NCBI GenBank assembly: GCA_949358305.1
Contig: OX442314.1
Coordinates: 8,990,001-9,054,000 of the forward strand
Reading direction: 5' to 3'
Origin: Strigamia acuminata
Taxonomy: Eukaryota
Length of the DNA stretch: 64,000 nt
The position numbers and the translations under genes were made by a program. The first letter of the stretch is position 1. The number at the start of each line of letters is the position of its first letter. The notes beneath the pieces were generated by a model. It had not been told where the DNA came from. It did not search any database and worked only from the letters and a program-made list of their open reading frames with translations. Shown piece by piece: positions 63,044 to 64,000 of the stretch.

Positions 63044-64000
63044 GGAGAAGGGGTGATGGGCCTTGAAGACGATGGTTACGATGTGACCGACAGTGACCAC
63101 AACCAAGATTCTATCAAATAAATAGATAAATAAATTGACAAGTGTACTCATAATTGTTGTATAGATTCCTTCGATCGAATAAACATTGTTTTAATATAGT
63201 TGTCACGGTTCATACTTTGGCGAAAGCATGTCTGGCGATGGCAAGGGGCGCACGAGTGGCTACTCGCATGCCGTCCCCTGGGACATGCAGACTCGCTCTC
63301 GGACCTCAGGACTCATATTGTCGCCTGGCTCGCGTAGACAGCGTAGACAGCGATGGGGCAAGAAGTCTGGGAGATAGATAAAGTTAAAATCTGAAACTGC
63401 AAATTTTTCACAAAACAATTTGTTTCAATCGGTCCCAACGACGATAATCTAATTAACAGTTGGAGCGCAAACCACGAAACCGATTCGACGATTGTGGGAT
63501 TAAACTTTCATTGTCTTCCATGGGTATTTTTTATTCCACAGGGTGTCCCACGCGCGCGTGTCTACTCCTTTCTCTTTTCTTCGTCCGGGGACCCATTTCC
63601 AATCGAACTTTTTTTTTGTCCGGCGCCCAAAAGCCCGGACAGATCCACGAAATCCGCAGCAAAATCACGAGCTTGGGGTCGGCGTATAGGTCGCACAGCA
63701 TCTCCCGAGGATTAAATATATAAACAATTAAACTAGTGTTTTTGCACAATTATTTGGAACAAACAATCGCTATAACCAAACAATACCAACGCTGTGGAAG
63801 CGTACGGGAGCGCGTATCTGAACATCCCGGCACCAATGTACCACCATGAACGCGACACCCTTAACGATACGTGCGTTTAAATGTGACCCAATGCGCGATA
63901 AGACACGTGACGCATCATTTTCACCACGTATTGTGACATTTACGAAATTTACGGTATTTACGGGATGAGTGAAGGAATCTAATCAACTCGATCTTATTTT

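Larger units (their letters stand above)
27982..64000. mobile_element. Putative giant gene-carrying DNA transposon (left end at CCCAG 27982; right end beyond the window)
   Basis: Abrupt interruption of element B, whose 5' half never reappears; terminal repeat array; visibly CpG/CGCG-rich; contains an intact piggyBac-type transposase and internally paralogous spliced genes. Confidence 0.6.

Noticed and set aside
27982..64000. Endogenous virus, Teratorn or Polinton identity
   Set aside because: No DNA polymerase, capsid, packaging ATPase or terminase motifs are seen in the window and the genes are intron-rich; cannot be excluded beyond the window.

Overview
Eukaryotic, intron-rich DNA, probably arthropod (Star-like FkbM genes, TTAGG-type repeats). 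It has three compartments. (1) 1-16.6 kb: AT-rich host DNA with a minus-strand tandem cluster of four Star-like FkbM methyltransferase genes. One is intact, one has a 1-bp frameshift, one is truncated, and one is a recent duplicate whose 5' half has been displaced. Solo LTRs and MITEs with readable TSDs are scattered through it. (2) 16.6-28 kb: two nested Ty3/Gypsy-type LTR retrotransposons, of which only the 3' halves are present. The inner one has an integrase ORF with a long Pro-rich, AT-hook-bearing N-terminus and an extra 780-aa ORF in the env position. (3) From about 27982 to the window end (>36 kb): a CpG/CGCG-rich block that interrupts the inner retrotransposon. It starts with a CCCAG end and a 2.7-kb inverted array of 56-bp palindromic repeats. 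It carries many spliced genes: an intact 6-exon piggyBac-type DDD transposase; two convergent paralogous acidic/coiled-coil zinc-finger genes, one with a PHD finger and a PWWP3/MUM1-like C-terminal domain; several small coiled-coil genes; and duplicated blocks. I infer this is the left part of a giant gene-carrying DNA transposon; its right end lies outside the window. Exon models were derived by eye from GT-AG sites and frame continuity, and homologies are from memory, not from searches.
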